64,000 nucleotides of DNA from Octopus bimaculoides. Its lineage: Eukaryota. Below the pieces are notes generated by a model. The model worked only from the letters and a program-made list of their open reading frames with translations. It was not told the DNA's origin and searched no databases. The stretch is taken from the NCBI RefSeq assembly GCF_001194135.2, contig NC_068994.1, positions 16,590,732 through 16,654,731 of the forward strand. Reading direction: 5' to 3'. A program made the position numbers and the translations under genes. Numbering within the stretch: the first letter of the stretch is position 1; every line of letters starts with the position of its first letter. Positions 49,801 to 62,559 of the stretch are shown piece after piece.

Positions 49801-52800
49801 TCCGCAACGCAGTATTTGTAAGGTTGCCCTGCCCCGGTCATTCTTGGTAACAGACTATTAGTGAGTAGGAGAGAGAGTGAGTGATTGTGCTTGATAAACT
49901 ACGATTGAGGGGAGGGTACATTAACGGAAGATGAGGAGAAATGGGAAATAGAGCAGAAGGAGCGTGTAAAGATACATTAGCAATTACGAACTACCTGTTT
50001 TTTGTAGCTGCAGTAGGGAGAATATTGGGACTGGCAGTTAGTGATATAGAGAAAGAAGTAATAATAGCTAGAGTGAAGGCGGCGAGCCGAGAGAAAAGTT
50101 AGCATGCCGGGCAAAATGCTTTGCATTATTTCGTCTGACTTTAAATGCTGCTGAGGTCGGCTTTGCCTTTTATTTCGAAGTTATAATAAGTACCAACTGA
50201 ACACTGGGATCGATATAACCGACTTATCCCCTCTCCTAAACTTTGCTGGCTTTGTATCAAAATTTGAAACCGATATTAGAATGAGTGTTGGATGTAAATG
50301 AATCTGAGAGAGGCGGGAAATGTTGGAGGTGGAGAGTATATCATGACGGCAAATAGGGCGCTCATCGAATAGTGAGAGATGTGTAATCTCTTCCCATTAG
50401 TGAGTGTATCATGCTTGAGGAGAAAATACAGAGTAGCAAGCAGCATGATCATGAGTGGTGGGGTTATGAAGATTCAGTCTGTACGGGTGGCATACTACAA
50501 TGAATAGAAGAGAAAATGGGAAAATGCAAGGGGGTAGCTGTACAAATTGAAAGCGGCTTAGATGTAAGCGCGTGCGTTTGTGTAATATTATATACAAGGT
50601 GCATGCTAAGCTGTGTGGTAAGAAGCTTCCCATCTGCATGGTTCCAGGTTCGGTCTCACTGCGTGACATCTTGGGCCGACCAAAGCCTTGTGAGTGAATT
50701 TGGTTGACGGAAACTGAAAGAAGCCCGTTGTGTGTGTATACACATGTGTGTATGTATTTGTCTGTGTTTGTCCCCCATCACTGCTTGACAACTGTTCTTT
50801 GTGTTTACGTCCCCATAACTTAGCGGTTCGGCAAAAGAGACTGATAAAGTACTAGGCTTAAATAAATCCTGGGGTCGATTTGCTCGACTAAAAGCCCTTC
50901 AATGCGGTCCTCCAATATGGCTCCAATCAAATGACAAAAGAATATTAGTTTATATATAGTTCTAAACGAATGTTATCGCCATACAAGCGGTGTCCTTTGT
51001 CTTCCATGAAAACCTGTCTGGTCATGATGAAATATCTTACATCAGGAAGGGCATCCGGCTGTAGAAATATTTGCCTCTATAAAATTCCGTCTGACCCATG
51101 CAGGCATGAAAAAGTGGACGTTAAAACGATGATAATGATATATACGTGTATGAATGAACTAAGCTGCTATCTATAATATTGCAGTATTAACATGCACTTC
51201 ACTAAGTTTGCATTGGAGGTCAGGTCTTCTCTCATGCTGTATATCAAGGGTCGACTAGGTCCTCTTAGCTCCCTCGGAGATGATTTTTCACCAATACATC
51301 CCAAGTCCTTTTCAGTCTCCCTTTCACAGGTATTGTTCACTTGAACCATTCTGCACTTTCTGATGCAATTCTTTCTAGTTTTTGTTGCAGGTTCACCACA
51401 TTCAATGTCAATCTCTTGCTGTCATAGGGCAGCATATGTTGCACATATGCACGCATGTTAATATAAAGATCTTCACCCGTTCACAAAAACAAGAAAAAAA
51501 CGACCTGCTGGGTGTTAACAATTATGTTAGAAAACGGATATGACAAAAAATTGCGCCAAGAAACCTGGGGGGGTGGACTTTCGGAAAATTCACAAGATCC
51601 GATTTTTACGTCATAACTTTCGGGAAAATGGATATATATTAATTTTTTTGTTTACGGAATCCCACGTTTTTGGTTATGGAGGATATATTCTGAAAAAATA
51701 AAATTTTTCAAAAATCGCATTTTCAGCATTTTCAAAGTTTCAATCTACCCTCCTTCATTTTTCACTTTTTCGGTTTTCTTTTTCTTTTCTTTTTTTTTTT
51801 TCCTTGCTAAATACGTAGAAAAATACGAAGATTATTATGATTCTGAAAAAAATTTGTAGAAAAGAACGCTGAACAAATGTGGAAGTTCTATATTGAACCT
51901 CCACATTTGTTCAGCGTTCTTTTCTGCCCTATGCTATGTGTGTATATAATTATGCAGCATTTCCTGTTACATTTGCTGAATAGAGATTAGCCTGTCTTTC
52001 TTTGATGTTATGATGTATTTCAGTACTTTTTCTCTTTATACAGCTGGCAAAGATGTGACCCTTGGAGATGTCCTTATTGAGGGTAAAACCAAAATTGTCT
52101 ATGACCTGCCATCTTACAAAGGGTGTGTTGCCATAAAGTCCAAAGACAGAATCACATGTGGAGATGGTGCAAGAGCTCATGACATGGAAGGAAAAGCAGT
52201 CATTTCAAACTCCACCAATTCTTCCCTCATGAAAATACTCAATGATGCTGGTAACTTTGTCTTACTCTCTCGCTTTTGTTTCTTTAATGCACTGTTTTAG
52301 TAACAGGGGACGTTGATTCATAAAAGCGTTTTACTCCTATGATGTTTTGGACACTTGTTCTAAATATCTGTAGAGATGCTTTGACATTTGTATCTGCTTT
52401 CCATTGTAAGATCGTTCTCTGATGCATCATCTGCTATACTCAGATAGTATCTGTTGTATTAGTTTAATGGTTGGTAGACTAGCATTCCGAACATGGCATT
52501 TGTAGTTATTGTTATCACTAAGTTCAGTTAGCTCTGCTAAAAAATGTCTATAGAAAAAAATGACCCAGGAAGACCTGGGATGAGGTGGTGAAGCATGACC
52601 TTCGAACATTAGGCATCACCAAGGCAATGACTAGTGACCGAGACCTTTGGAAATATGCTGTGCGTGAGAAGACCCAGCAAGCCAAGTGAGACCATAACCC
52701 ATGGCCTATGCCAGGGGTGTAACCAGCCCACTTATGCGTACCTTTCCTTCATTGGACACTAAACTCTGCTTGCGAAGACCTGTTGAGGCAAGTGAAATCG

Positions 52801-55800
52801 AAATCGAATCAAATTCGATGACTGGCACCTGTGCCAGTAGAGTGCTAAGACCACAATCCAAGCATGATCATTGCCAGTGCAGCTGTCTGGCTTCCATGCC
52901 AGTGGCACGTAAGAAGCACCATTTGAGTGTGATTGTTACCAGCGTCGCCTTACTGGCACTTGTGCGAGTGGTACGTGAAAAAACATTCAAGCAAGGTCGT
53001 TGCCAGTGCTGCTGGACTGGCTCCTGTGCAGGTGGCATGTAAAAAAACACCATTTGAGTGTGGCTGTTCCCAGTACCGCCTGACTGGCCTTTGTGCCAGT
53101 GGCACATAAAAGCACCCACTACACTATCGGAGTGGTTGGTGTTAGGAAGGGCTTCCAGCTATAGAAACTCTGCCAGATCAGATTGGAGCCTGGTGCAGCC
53201 ATCTGGTTCACCAATCTTCAGTCAAATCGTCCAGCCCATGCTAGCATGGAAAGCGGACGTTAAATGATGATGATGATGAATAAAAACTCTTTGGATGCTT
53301 CAGAGCAGCCCACAGGTCCAGCTTTACATTATCTGGCCTCCTTGAATCACATAGGAAATGGGGCGGAGGTGTCAACTTGCATAGTGAGTTATTGAAAGTT
53401 TATTTCCTATTGTAACAATAGTGCATTGCAGATTTGTGTCTTTATAAGCGCCACATCAGCACTGATTAAGGAGCACAATGGTTGTATTATTTGTTTTTCT
53501 CTACCAGACTTAATATCTATGACTGCATTATAATGACCTAATTCAAGACTAGCATGGGATTTGAAGGAGTGTGCGTATGCATACATGAATATATATACAC
53601 AACAGACTTCCAGTTTGATTCACAAGACATTTGTCAGAAGATACAAGACAACTCCAAATATGTTTCATTTTTGTTTTGTCCCTGTCAGTAAAGCATAACT
53701 GTCACAACACTTGTGGAGGATGATTGTATTATGATGGTTGTACATTTGTTTGGTGCAGGAAAACAACTGTTTAGGAATGAAATGATTCAAGGCCATTCTC
53801 ATGATAGTGATATGTGAATTACCATCAGTTTTAAGTGGCAGGTCAGTTACTTTTGGCCCTGTAGATATAATGGTTATGTTATTTCTTAGTTGATGCTTTT
53901 CTTTCCCTATTTCTGTAGAAATATGCTGCTTTTGTTTCGCTAGATTTTGAAAATCATAAAAAAATTTAATGAAATAATTTTTTTACTAATAAAGCTTTAA
54001 TTTTGATGGAAGATCATTAACCCTTTTGATACCAATTCACCCCAAATTGTCCCTGATTCTTTGATACAAACTTTTTTTTATATAAAGTGATCTAAATTAA
54101 AAATTTCCCCATTAATGTTCCTTATTGATTTGTTCCAGTTACCAACTTAGTAATGACCAAGGTATTTTAGTAAAATTCTTCATTATTTTCAAAATTAGTT
54201 TAAATAAAGATGGTGCAGTTCAATAGAAATGTGGTAATAAAATGGTTAAAGACAGGAAGTTTATATCATAGAATGAGACGGGTCAGTCTTGGACAAATTG
54301 GTATCAAAAGAGTTAAAGATACTCCTTTTGTTTACTTTTGTCTTCAATCTGTTGATTTTTTTGCTTTGCCATTCGTTAGAACTCAGAGAATTGGGGTTGA
54401 CTGTTACAAAATTTAACAAATATTGTATTTTTGCTATTTTGCATATATATCCAATTCCTTACAGGTATTCCAACGCACTTCCTTGGTAAATGGTCTGACA
54501 ATGTTTTCCACGCTCACCGATGCTACATGGTACCTATTGAGTGGGTTACTCGACGTGTGGCTACAGGTTCCTTCCTCAAGCGTAACCCAGGGGTTACAGA
54601 AGGGCATAGATTTTCTCCTGTTAAATTGGAAACGTTTTACAAGGTTAATGCTTGTTTTGCTTTCATTTTATTCAAGTCATAAAAGATAAATGATGTCAAG
54701 GCCTGCTTGTTACTGGTTCAATATTAACAGATCCCTACCATACTCCTCCCTTTCACTCAGTATTCAAACTGGCCATATCCAACTTATGTATTCTACCTTC
54801 TTTGTATTCAAACCAGCTGGATCCTGCTTCTCACATCTATCCTACAATATCATGAGATAATCCATGACTAATTCAAAACCATGTGATATGACATTTGATA
54901 CGAAAGGGTTAAAGAATTGATTAACCCTTTAATGTTAAGATTAATCTATCAAATGTAATGCTTATTTGTTCGCTTGTAACTTTGTTAATCTTTTACATAC
55001 AGATTCGAAATTTTGTCAGTGGGTGCTTATATACCCGTGGATTATAGTTATGTAATTTTAGCTGATTTTGCTGATTAAATCTGACTTTTATGGGCAGATA
55101 AATTGAAATTCTTAATGCATTTTACCTGTTGAATTTGTTACAATAAAATTATCCCAGATATCAACTGCCAACAATTTTGTCACTTTTCAAGATGAGGTAC
55201 ATTAATTTGAATTAATTAAAATACAGGTCTAATCGGTACAAGATTTTATTCTTTCTCTATTTCATTCAAACATTTTCATTGAAAATAAGATATGAAACTC
55301 TTTTACTAGCCAATATGGCTATGTATTCTCATACAATTTAATGAAAACATCTACATAACAGAATGAATCCTTTTATTAAAAAAAAAAAAGCTCATTAACA
55401 GGTGAAATTAACATTGAAAATTAATATGTATTCCTCACTTTCACATTATTTGTAATAAAATGAAAGGAAGGGCACTTTGCAAAATGAACACGTATATGAG
55501 GTCTTGACCTGATATCCTTTTGCAGTTTTCCTTTTTTGCAGCAAACACAGTCTGCAAACTTTATTCCTTCCATTTATTTTTTTCCACTTTATGAAAGTCA
55601 ATATTTTCTGTTGACATCCACCTCAGTTAATTTTGCTTTCTCCCAGTTCTGTGCTTTCTGGAAGAAAAGCCCTCATGTAACTGAGTTGTTGGTTTTTTTT
55701 ACATAATATATGAATTGACTGTAGTTAGACATAATGCTGGATATATGGATCATCATACCTTATATCAGCATTCCAGTAGTTTCACAGTTGAGAAAGCTGC

Positions 55801-58800
55801 TTTGACACCAAACATAATGTTTGTAGTAAAACAAAAGCTCAAATTTCTACAGTATCAGTTGGCTGTCATAGTGGATTGGGTCTTCCATGAATAGAAATTA
55901 TGCGTTGAGCATTTGTTTCCTCCGCAACAGTTTAAAAAAACTTTTCGGTGAAAATAATAGTCCATTGGTTGAGCATCAAGAGGTAGACTGTATTGCAGAC
56001 TAGTCTTTTCTGTGAAATCGGGAATTCTGGTTGATGTAGTAATCTTCAACCATGTTGCCGTAATGTTTTTAATATCATTTTCATTAATCAAAATCTTCCT
56101 TGTTCAACAAAAATTCATTACTGTCAATATGATTCGTCTAAAGGTAAATCGCTGTTTTCATTTATATTTTGTTCATTGTGAAGAGTAAAACCTTTGAAGT
56201 CTGGATTGCTATTTGCTGACGCCATATTGTTAAAAACTAAGATATATACTTCCCTTCAAACATTGAGGGAAAAAAAACCAAGAAGTCTCAAAATTTTCAC
56301 TGTATTATCTCACATTATCTCAAAGCTATGAGAATTCAATATTTTTTTTTTTTTGGGTGATTTTGAAGAGAAATCAGATATTGCTGGATTCGGCTGGTTC
56401 GAACAAATAAGGAAGATTAATTTTCAGCTGGTTTAAACACTAAAGAGTTAATGGTAGAATGGAGAACTTAGTGTCAGCATATTTGATGCAGGAAGCATAA
56501 AAGCTAACTAGAAATGGTTTTTCTTTTTCTAAACCTGCTTTGAATTATGTAGATTAGACAAGATTTTCTTAACCCTTCTTGGGTGGATCTATTGGCCCAG
56601 TGTTTAAAAGAAGGAATGGTCTTTTTTTAAATATTTTTATCTAATGTTCTGATATTTTTTACAATTGTAAATATTTCTTTTGTGTGTAGGAGGGGGCTCT
56701 TTAATCCTTTAGCATTTTTTTTTTTTACCTAAACGAGAAATCCCTATTTTTATAAGTTTTAAAAAGTTCTTTGAACTTGATCAACTCAAGAATTTCTATC
56801 TGTACTGGGGAGATCATTTTATTCTTTGATTCTCTGCAGGATGATGCCAATCATGACCCTCAGTGGAGCCGGGAACAGATAATTTCTGCCAAAATTCAGT
56901 GTGGTGACAAAGTTATTGGTGCTGATGATGTTGACATCATGGAGAAGATGACTGTTCTTATTTTTGAAATTTTGGAAAAGGCTTGGACTGGTGCTAACTG
57001 TGCACTCATTGATATGAAGATAGAATTTGGAGTGTCTGCTGGAACTGGTAAGAATAAATTGGTTTGATTAACTATATGGAATCTTTTTTAATTTTTTTTT
57101 TTTGTAGAAACCATTGGTTGAGATAGAATTTCGATAGAAACACAGTTGTTTGGATTTGAGGCTGTGGAGGGTGAAGTTTTCTATTACTATTATTGTAGTG
57201 GAGTGGTACAAACAGTACTTCACTGAATGGATTGAGTGAACAATTAGTTATCTCCCTTTATATTAATTTCAACTTTCCTGATGGTTGATACTGTATCTTA
57301 CCTGTAATCTAGTGACTTGCTTCAAATCGAGTAAACTCGTCCCTCTTTTATCACCACTATTAGAGAACCTCTATGGTTGCTCAGCCTACTAGAAGTAGCA
57401 ACCAAATGTCCTTCAGAATTGGGACAATTAGAAAATCAAAAATGGTCTTACATTGTTTTTTGCATTCTTCATGTATTTTACATTATTTGTGATGTAAAAA
57501 TGATGCCTGTTTTTTTAACTATAGTGATTGAAACGTTAATGTACTTCATTCTGCTACTTAGAATTTTGACATATAAACTAGTCATATCCAGCCCAAATAT
57601 TTATATTCAAGCTAGCCAGATCTGGCTTTTCACACTTACTGTACTAAAAATAAACAATCTCAGTATTAAATTTATGAATCTGCAAGATAATAAGGTTGTG
57701 GAGCAATGCTCTAGACATAGCTAAAATATAAGATTAGAAAATCAAAGTAGATTTATTCTGCTTGGCTAACTTTTTCATTTTTACTTCACAGTTTAGTCAT
57801 TAGTGGTAGGAAAGGCAGATGCTTTGCTCATTGTTTTATTTTGTCGTTGTCAGCATTTAACCTCCCTTTTCTATGCTGGTGTAAACAAAAGAATTCTGTC
57901 ATCAATAATCAGATTTGCTTAAACAATCCCATTCCTGTTAATAGGAAACTGAATTGTATTTAAAAAGAAAAAATTTATGGTTTAGTCAATGGGAAAGCTT
58001 GGTGCCAATGACCATCTTTGTAAACTCAAGGTAGGAGAGAGAAGAAACTGACTTTTTCAGAAAAAGTCTATCTAATAAACAAGCCTCACCAATGATGTTA
58101 GTCTTTTGAACCAATAAACTTTGTATATTATCACCACTTAAACTCTTTCATTTCATTCTTTATGTTGTCAAACCTTAAACTAAACACCTTCTCTAATTGT
58201 TTCTCTCTTGCCCCTCCAGTTAATGGGTGTCTGTCATGTCCATGGATACTATCTCACTTCCAATCAGCATAAACAAAACTGGTTTTCTGATTCTGTTTCA
58301 GGTGATATTGTACTGGCTGACATTATTGACAGTGACTCGTGGCGCCTTTGGCCTTCTGGAGACAAACGCTTGATGGTTGACAAACAAGTCTATCGTGACA
58401 TGGCTGAAGTCACCAAAGACGGCATGGAAACTGTTAAAAGAAATTTCCAGTGGGTAGCTGAAAAAGTCAAGGTAAGAGTCCCTTATAGTTTATATATATA
58501 TAATCATTTAAAAAATTTTCTGTTTTTTCCTTGCTGGCATATTTTACCACAGTTCTTTGTTACTTTGTATGGACCAAAAAGCAACCATCTCTGTTGTTGT
58601 TAAACTTACTGTCAGCATGGTATTTTCTTTTTACTCTACTGTCACTGGATTGGTAACCTGCTATGTGGTTTGCAGGGCCCTATATCTCCTTCCTGCATCC
58701 AGTTTATATACAAGATAGTTTCAACAAATCTCTAGATCAGGCCTTTAAGAAAAAGTAACCCAGTAAATAAAATGTATCTACGTTAACGTAGTGCTAAAAG

Positions 58801-61480
58801 CTGATTGGTTGAGAGAATTAACTTAACCATAAATTAAGTCCGTGGTTGTGAGTGATGCTTGCTGATATTGCAAGAGTGTGATTCACTCTTGATATGAAGA
58901 GATTCATTACACACATCACTGTTGCTTTGTCCAATCCTGTCTCCTTACAAGTGTAATTCTCCTCTTGGTTTGCACCTGTTTCCCAACCTACTTTCTCCTG
59001 TAGCAAACAGTCTTCACACAGTATGCTTGGCTGGAGGAATTGCTTTGGCTAGGCTGTGTATTGGTGTAGTATGTTTGCTGCAAAAGTAAAAAAAATTTAC
59101 AATTCCATGTCCCACTAAAGAAAAAGGAAAATATTTTTGATCCCACGTCCCTGCTCCACATTGGAAGTCACTGGTTAACACTAAAAGCTTCTGCCCACAA
59201 AATTTCAAACTGAATAGCAACCATATTGCCAATGTTGGAAGATGATGGTTGCCCTTCCCTTGTAAAAGTGGTGGATACTACCCCCTATTCTGTAACTAAA
59301 TTATTCTCAAACTTTGTATATTTTATCTTTGATTACCAGGAAATAATGCCAAAGAAGGTGTCTCAGGTCGTGGTATTCATGGGTTCGGCTTCAGATATGG
59401 CTTTCTGTCAAAAAATTCAAACCTATTTAGAGAAACTGCATCTTCCTTGTTCAATGCGTGTAACATCTGCTCACAAATGTACTGAAAGTACTCTCAAACT
59501 CCTTGCTGAATATGAAGGTTAGTGCCTCTTCTTATCCTCATCCTCCCCCCCTTTTTTTTTTTTGTCAACTTTTAATTTTCTTAGTTTCCTTTCTCTCATT
59601 CAGCTCCTGCTGTCAGCCTTTTTCACTGTCTTTCCTTATTTTGTGTGTATTTTAATACTTCTTATTCTATTACAGTAGTTCTCAACTGTGGTCCATATAA
59701 GATTTGGTGGGGTTGGGGTTGGGGTCCACTCAAAATAATAAGTTATCCACAATGGTATTTTAAGAGCCCTAAAAACTTTTGCTATAGATGTATGTGTCGT
59801 AAGAAACAACTAGGCTTCTTTCTCTAATTTTACATAGTTCAACCTAGACAAGTTAATGTGGAAAACAAAATAGGGATTTTCAAAGAAGTTTCTATAAAAC
59901 TAGTTTCTAAACATCAAGTGGCTAAGGGGGTCCACCAGAATAAAATAGTAATTGAATGGGTTAATAGATAAAAAATGGTTGAGAACTTCTGCTCTATAAT
60001 CTAAAACAAAAAGAATTCTGCTTATTTAAAGCTTATGTTATCGTTTTTTTTTTTTTTTTTTTTTTTTTTTCCTTTGAATTTTTAGGCGAAGGTATTCCCA
60101 CTGTGATAATAGCAGTTGCTGGTCGAAGTAATGGGCTTGGTCCTGTGTTGGCTGGTAATACTAACTTGCCAGTTATCAATTGCCCTCCCCTCTCTTCAAA
60201 CTGGGAGCAAGAGGATCTTTGGTCATCTTTGAGATTACCATCAGGTATTTTTTTCTATCCTGCTGTTTATTTTTACACTTCTTGAACAACATAAATCAAT
60301 TATAATTTTTGAAACTATTTCATCGTTAGAGAAAAATGTTTGATCCTTTGGTTCATTAAGTGTGCCTTGTTCCCAAGTTAGGAATTCTTCATTCTATGGC
60401 TCTTCAAAAGTAAATGTATCACCACTTCACTAACAGTGACAAATGAAGCCCTGGAATATCAACTTAAATGTATGCACACTACATATATCACTGGCTTGTT
60501 GTAATCTCAAATTTCCATTTTCACAACATGCACACATACACACTTGTGCACTACACGCACTTGCATGTGTGTGTGTACAAGCATGACTCCGGCATTGGTT
60601 TGGAGCCACATAGAAATTTGGCCCATGTGGAATATGCTGGCTAATGTCTTCTACTATAGCTGGAAGTTGACCAATGCCTTGTGGGTGAAATTGGTTGGGG
60701 GGAAACTGGAACATACCTGTGTGTGAGAGCACTTGTATTTGCCCTTGCTTTCACGTGCATGTGCTGATTGTAGACAAAAGCCTCATCATTCATACAGTCA
60801 GTGCTATGTTTTTGTAGTTCTCCAAAAGTATGTCTGGACTCTTCATTGTTTGATAGACTGAAGGATTATCTCCTTGCTTAGGGGTGAAGGTTGACATCAA
60901 GAATGGTATCTGACCATTGGAAACTCTGCCTTCATATAGTTTCATCTAAGCTGTGCAAGCATAAATGTTAAAGAAATCACACTTTATACATTAGAAATCA
61001 CACTCTATATATATAGTTTTTGTCTCCCAAATTTCACGAATAAAGCAATGGCCAGACAAGGCCATAGTTGATGCTTGTCCAAGGTACTGTACTGTGGATT
61101 TGAACCTAAAAGCTTGTCATTGCTAAATGTACTTGTTAGTCATACATCCATGTCTGCACCTCATTTCACATTTAGACATCACTATAATTTAGTTTAGGGT
61201 CATATAAAATACATGAAAAACATTCTCTCTTATGACAGTTTATCTGATGACATAACACACTCCTTATATATAAGTAGTATGTAAGAATGCCTTTTTTTTT
61301 TCTTTATTTTAATTTGCAGGACTTGGTTGCGCTACTGTAATTTTCCCTGAAGCAGCAGCGATTCATGCTGCCCAGATTTTGGCACTGTCCAATGAGAGGC
61401 TTTGGGCTAAAATGCGAGTGTTGACATTCAAGAACTGGCTGGGAGTAAAGAAGTCTGACATTAGCAGTCGTATTTGCTAA
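46829..61480 (+). CDS. PAICS: PAICS (ADE2-type bifunctional SAICAR synthetase / AIR carboxylase), 8 coding exons: join(46829-46880,52044-52250,54465-54643,56840-57047,58302-58471,59340-59517,60086-60244,61320-61480) = 1314 nt, 437 aa
   Basis: All introns are GT-AG and phases match (1,1,0,1,0,1,1). The translation contains [89 protein letters not shown] and [12 protein letters not shown], which I recognise from human PAICS. Confidence 0.98.
47868..48000 (+). mobile_element. hAT transposase C-terminal relic
   Basis: [21 protein letters not shown] resembles the RSRLTDEHL motif at the end of Charlie/GTF2IRD2-type hAT transposases. Confidence 0.6.
50590..50940 (+). mobile_element. SINE family A, diverged, in PAICS intron 1
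   Basis: Homology to 23028-23433. Confidence 0.8.
51477..51925. repeat. Unclassified interspersed repeat family X (also about 19800-20081, 33030-33756, 40760-40990)
   Basis: Shared motifs cataacttt.gaaaa and cagaatcataat...tttttctacgtattt; 33030-33200 matches the reverse complement of 51640-51850. Confidence 0.6.
52044..52250 (+). CDS. PAICS: PAICS coding exon 2
   Basis: ttttctctttatacag| acceptor; [22 protein letters not shown]...[24 protein letters not shown]; donor G|gtaact. Confidence 0.97.
52564..53278 (+). mobile_element. RTE-like LINE 3' end: ORF2 C-terminus plus about 590-nt 3' UTR with (GAT)n tail, in PAICS intron 2
   Basis: [41 protein letters not shown] (stop 52687-52689); ends gcggacgttaaatgatgatgatg. 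Confidence 0.85.
54021..54312. mobile_element. piggyBac-like MITE, second family (292 bp)
   Basis: TTAA|cccttttgataccaa ... ttggtatcaaaagag|TTAA. Confidence 0.85.
54465..54643 (+). CDS. PAICS: PAICS coding exon 3
   Basis: ttacag| acceptor; IPTHF...[39 protein letters not shown]; donor |gttaat. Confidence 0.97.
55855..56095 (-). mobile_element. Possible piggyBac transposase relic
   Basis: [26 protein letters not shown] resembles the N-terminal part of PGBD/piggyBac transposases; degraded. Confidence 0.4.
56840..57047 (+). CDS. PAICS: PAICS coding exon 4
   Basis: ctctgcag| acceptor; [13 protein letters not shown]...FEILEKAW...LIDMKIEFG; donor G|gtaaga. Confidence 0.97.
58302..58471 (+). CDS. 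PAICS: PAICS coding exon 5
   Basis: gtttcag| acceptor; [32 protein letters not shown]...[12 protein letters not shown]; donor |gtaaga. Confidence 0.97.
59340..59517 (+). CDS. PAICS: PAICS coding exon 6 (start of AIR carboxylase domain)
   Basis: ttaccag| acceptor; [10 protein letters not shown]...[21 protein letters not shown]; donor G|gttagt. Confidence 0.97.
59673..59991 (+). mobile_element. hAT (Charlie-like) MITE in PAICS intron 6
   Basis: TIR cagtagttctcaac / gttgagaacttctg; flanks ttctatta/ctctataa (nTCTAnAn-like). Confidence 0.8.
60086..60244 (+). CDS. PAICS: PAICS coding exon 7
   Basis: Poly-T tract then tttag|; [33 protein letters not shown]...WSSLRLPS; donor G|gtattt. Confidence 0.97.
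61320..61480 (+). CDS. PAICS: PAICS coding exon 8 (terminal)
   Basis: atttgcag| acceptor; [32 protein letters not shown]...SRIC, stop TAA at 61478-61480. Not in the ORF track because it has no start codon. Confidence 0.95.
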
Positions 61481-61585
61481 TTTTGTGTTTGGTTGTGAAC
61501 AAACCTATTTTCCCTTATAAACAATTTTTAAAAATTGTTTTTGAATTCATATCACTATCAATATTTTCTCTTTTGTTCAAGATGA

Positions 61586-61591
61586 AATAAA
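61586..61591 (+). terminator. Candidate PAICS polyadenylation signal AATAAA
   Basis: First AATAAA about 105 nt after the stop codon, followed by U-rich sequence. Confidence 0.5.
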
Positions 61592-62559
61592 GCAATCTCT
61601 TTTTCTACCACCTGTCACTTTCATTATTTATCCTTCAGTCCTAATCTATCAACTCCTCAGTGTTTTACTCCCCTGTAATATCTTCTGTTGACATCTGTAA
61701 ACACTGCTTTTTTTTCGTTGTGATGCAGGTAAATGAAATATAGGTGCAGGCATGGATATGTGGTGAGAAGCTAACTTCCCAACCATATGGTTCCGAGCTC
61801 AGTACCACTACATACCACCTTGTGAAAGTGTCTTCTACTATAGCTTGTGCGTTATCTTATAACTTCACAATTTCAATGGTGTGTTTGTATATTTTTAGAA
61901 TGACATTGTTTGGTAGGTGTGAGAGGTTGGATCTGATCAGGTTTTCACATAAAACCTGTAGAATATTTCAGCTGTATTAAATGCTCAAGGGTTAAGTGTT
62001 TCGCTCAAAAACACTACACATCACCTGGTCCAGGAGTCAAAATTCCAATCTTGAGTCTGACAGCCTAACCACTAAGTTATATGCTTCCGCAATTAAATTA
62101 TACTTCCTCACAAACTGTATCTCGTGTAGTATTCAAATTTATTACCGGTAACAAGTATGGGACTGATAGATGTGAAAAGAATACGTGTATGTCTACTTTG
62201 AACCTGTAAATATGGCTTTTTTGAGACATTCATTTTGTGACACTCAATCAACAATACCTGGATCAGTGTTTTCAAACCTGTGAAACTTGATTAAAAATTG
62301 CAATTTCAAGGCTGTTTTGTTTGAACAGTATACAAAAACTTCCAATAATACTTTTATTTTTGGAATGATGTTGATAGACATTAAAGCTCAGACTACTTGA
62401 GTACAAAACCAACATCACAAGACAGCATTGGCCATGCCCCGAAATAATGCTGTTGTTTATAACTATATTGTAAATATTGCTACTGTTACAATGTGGGACA
62501 CTCTAAAAGAAGCTATTTCACTGGCTGCTTTTTTTTTTCTTTTCTGTGGATAGTACAGA

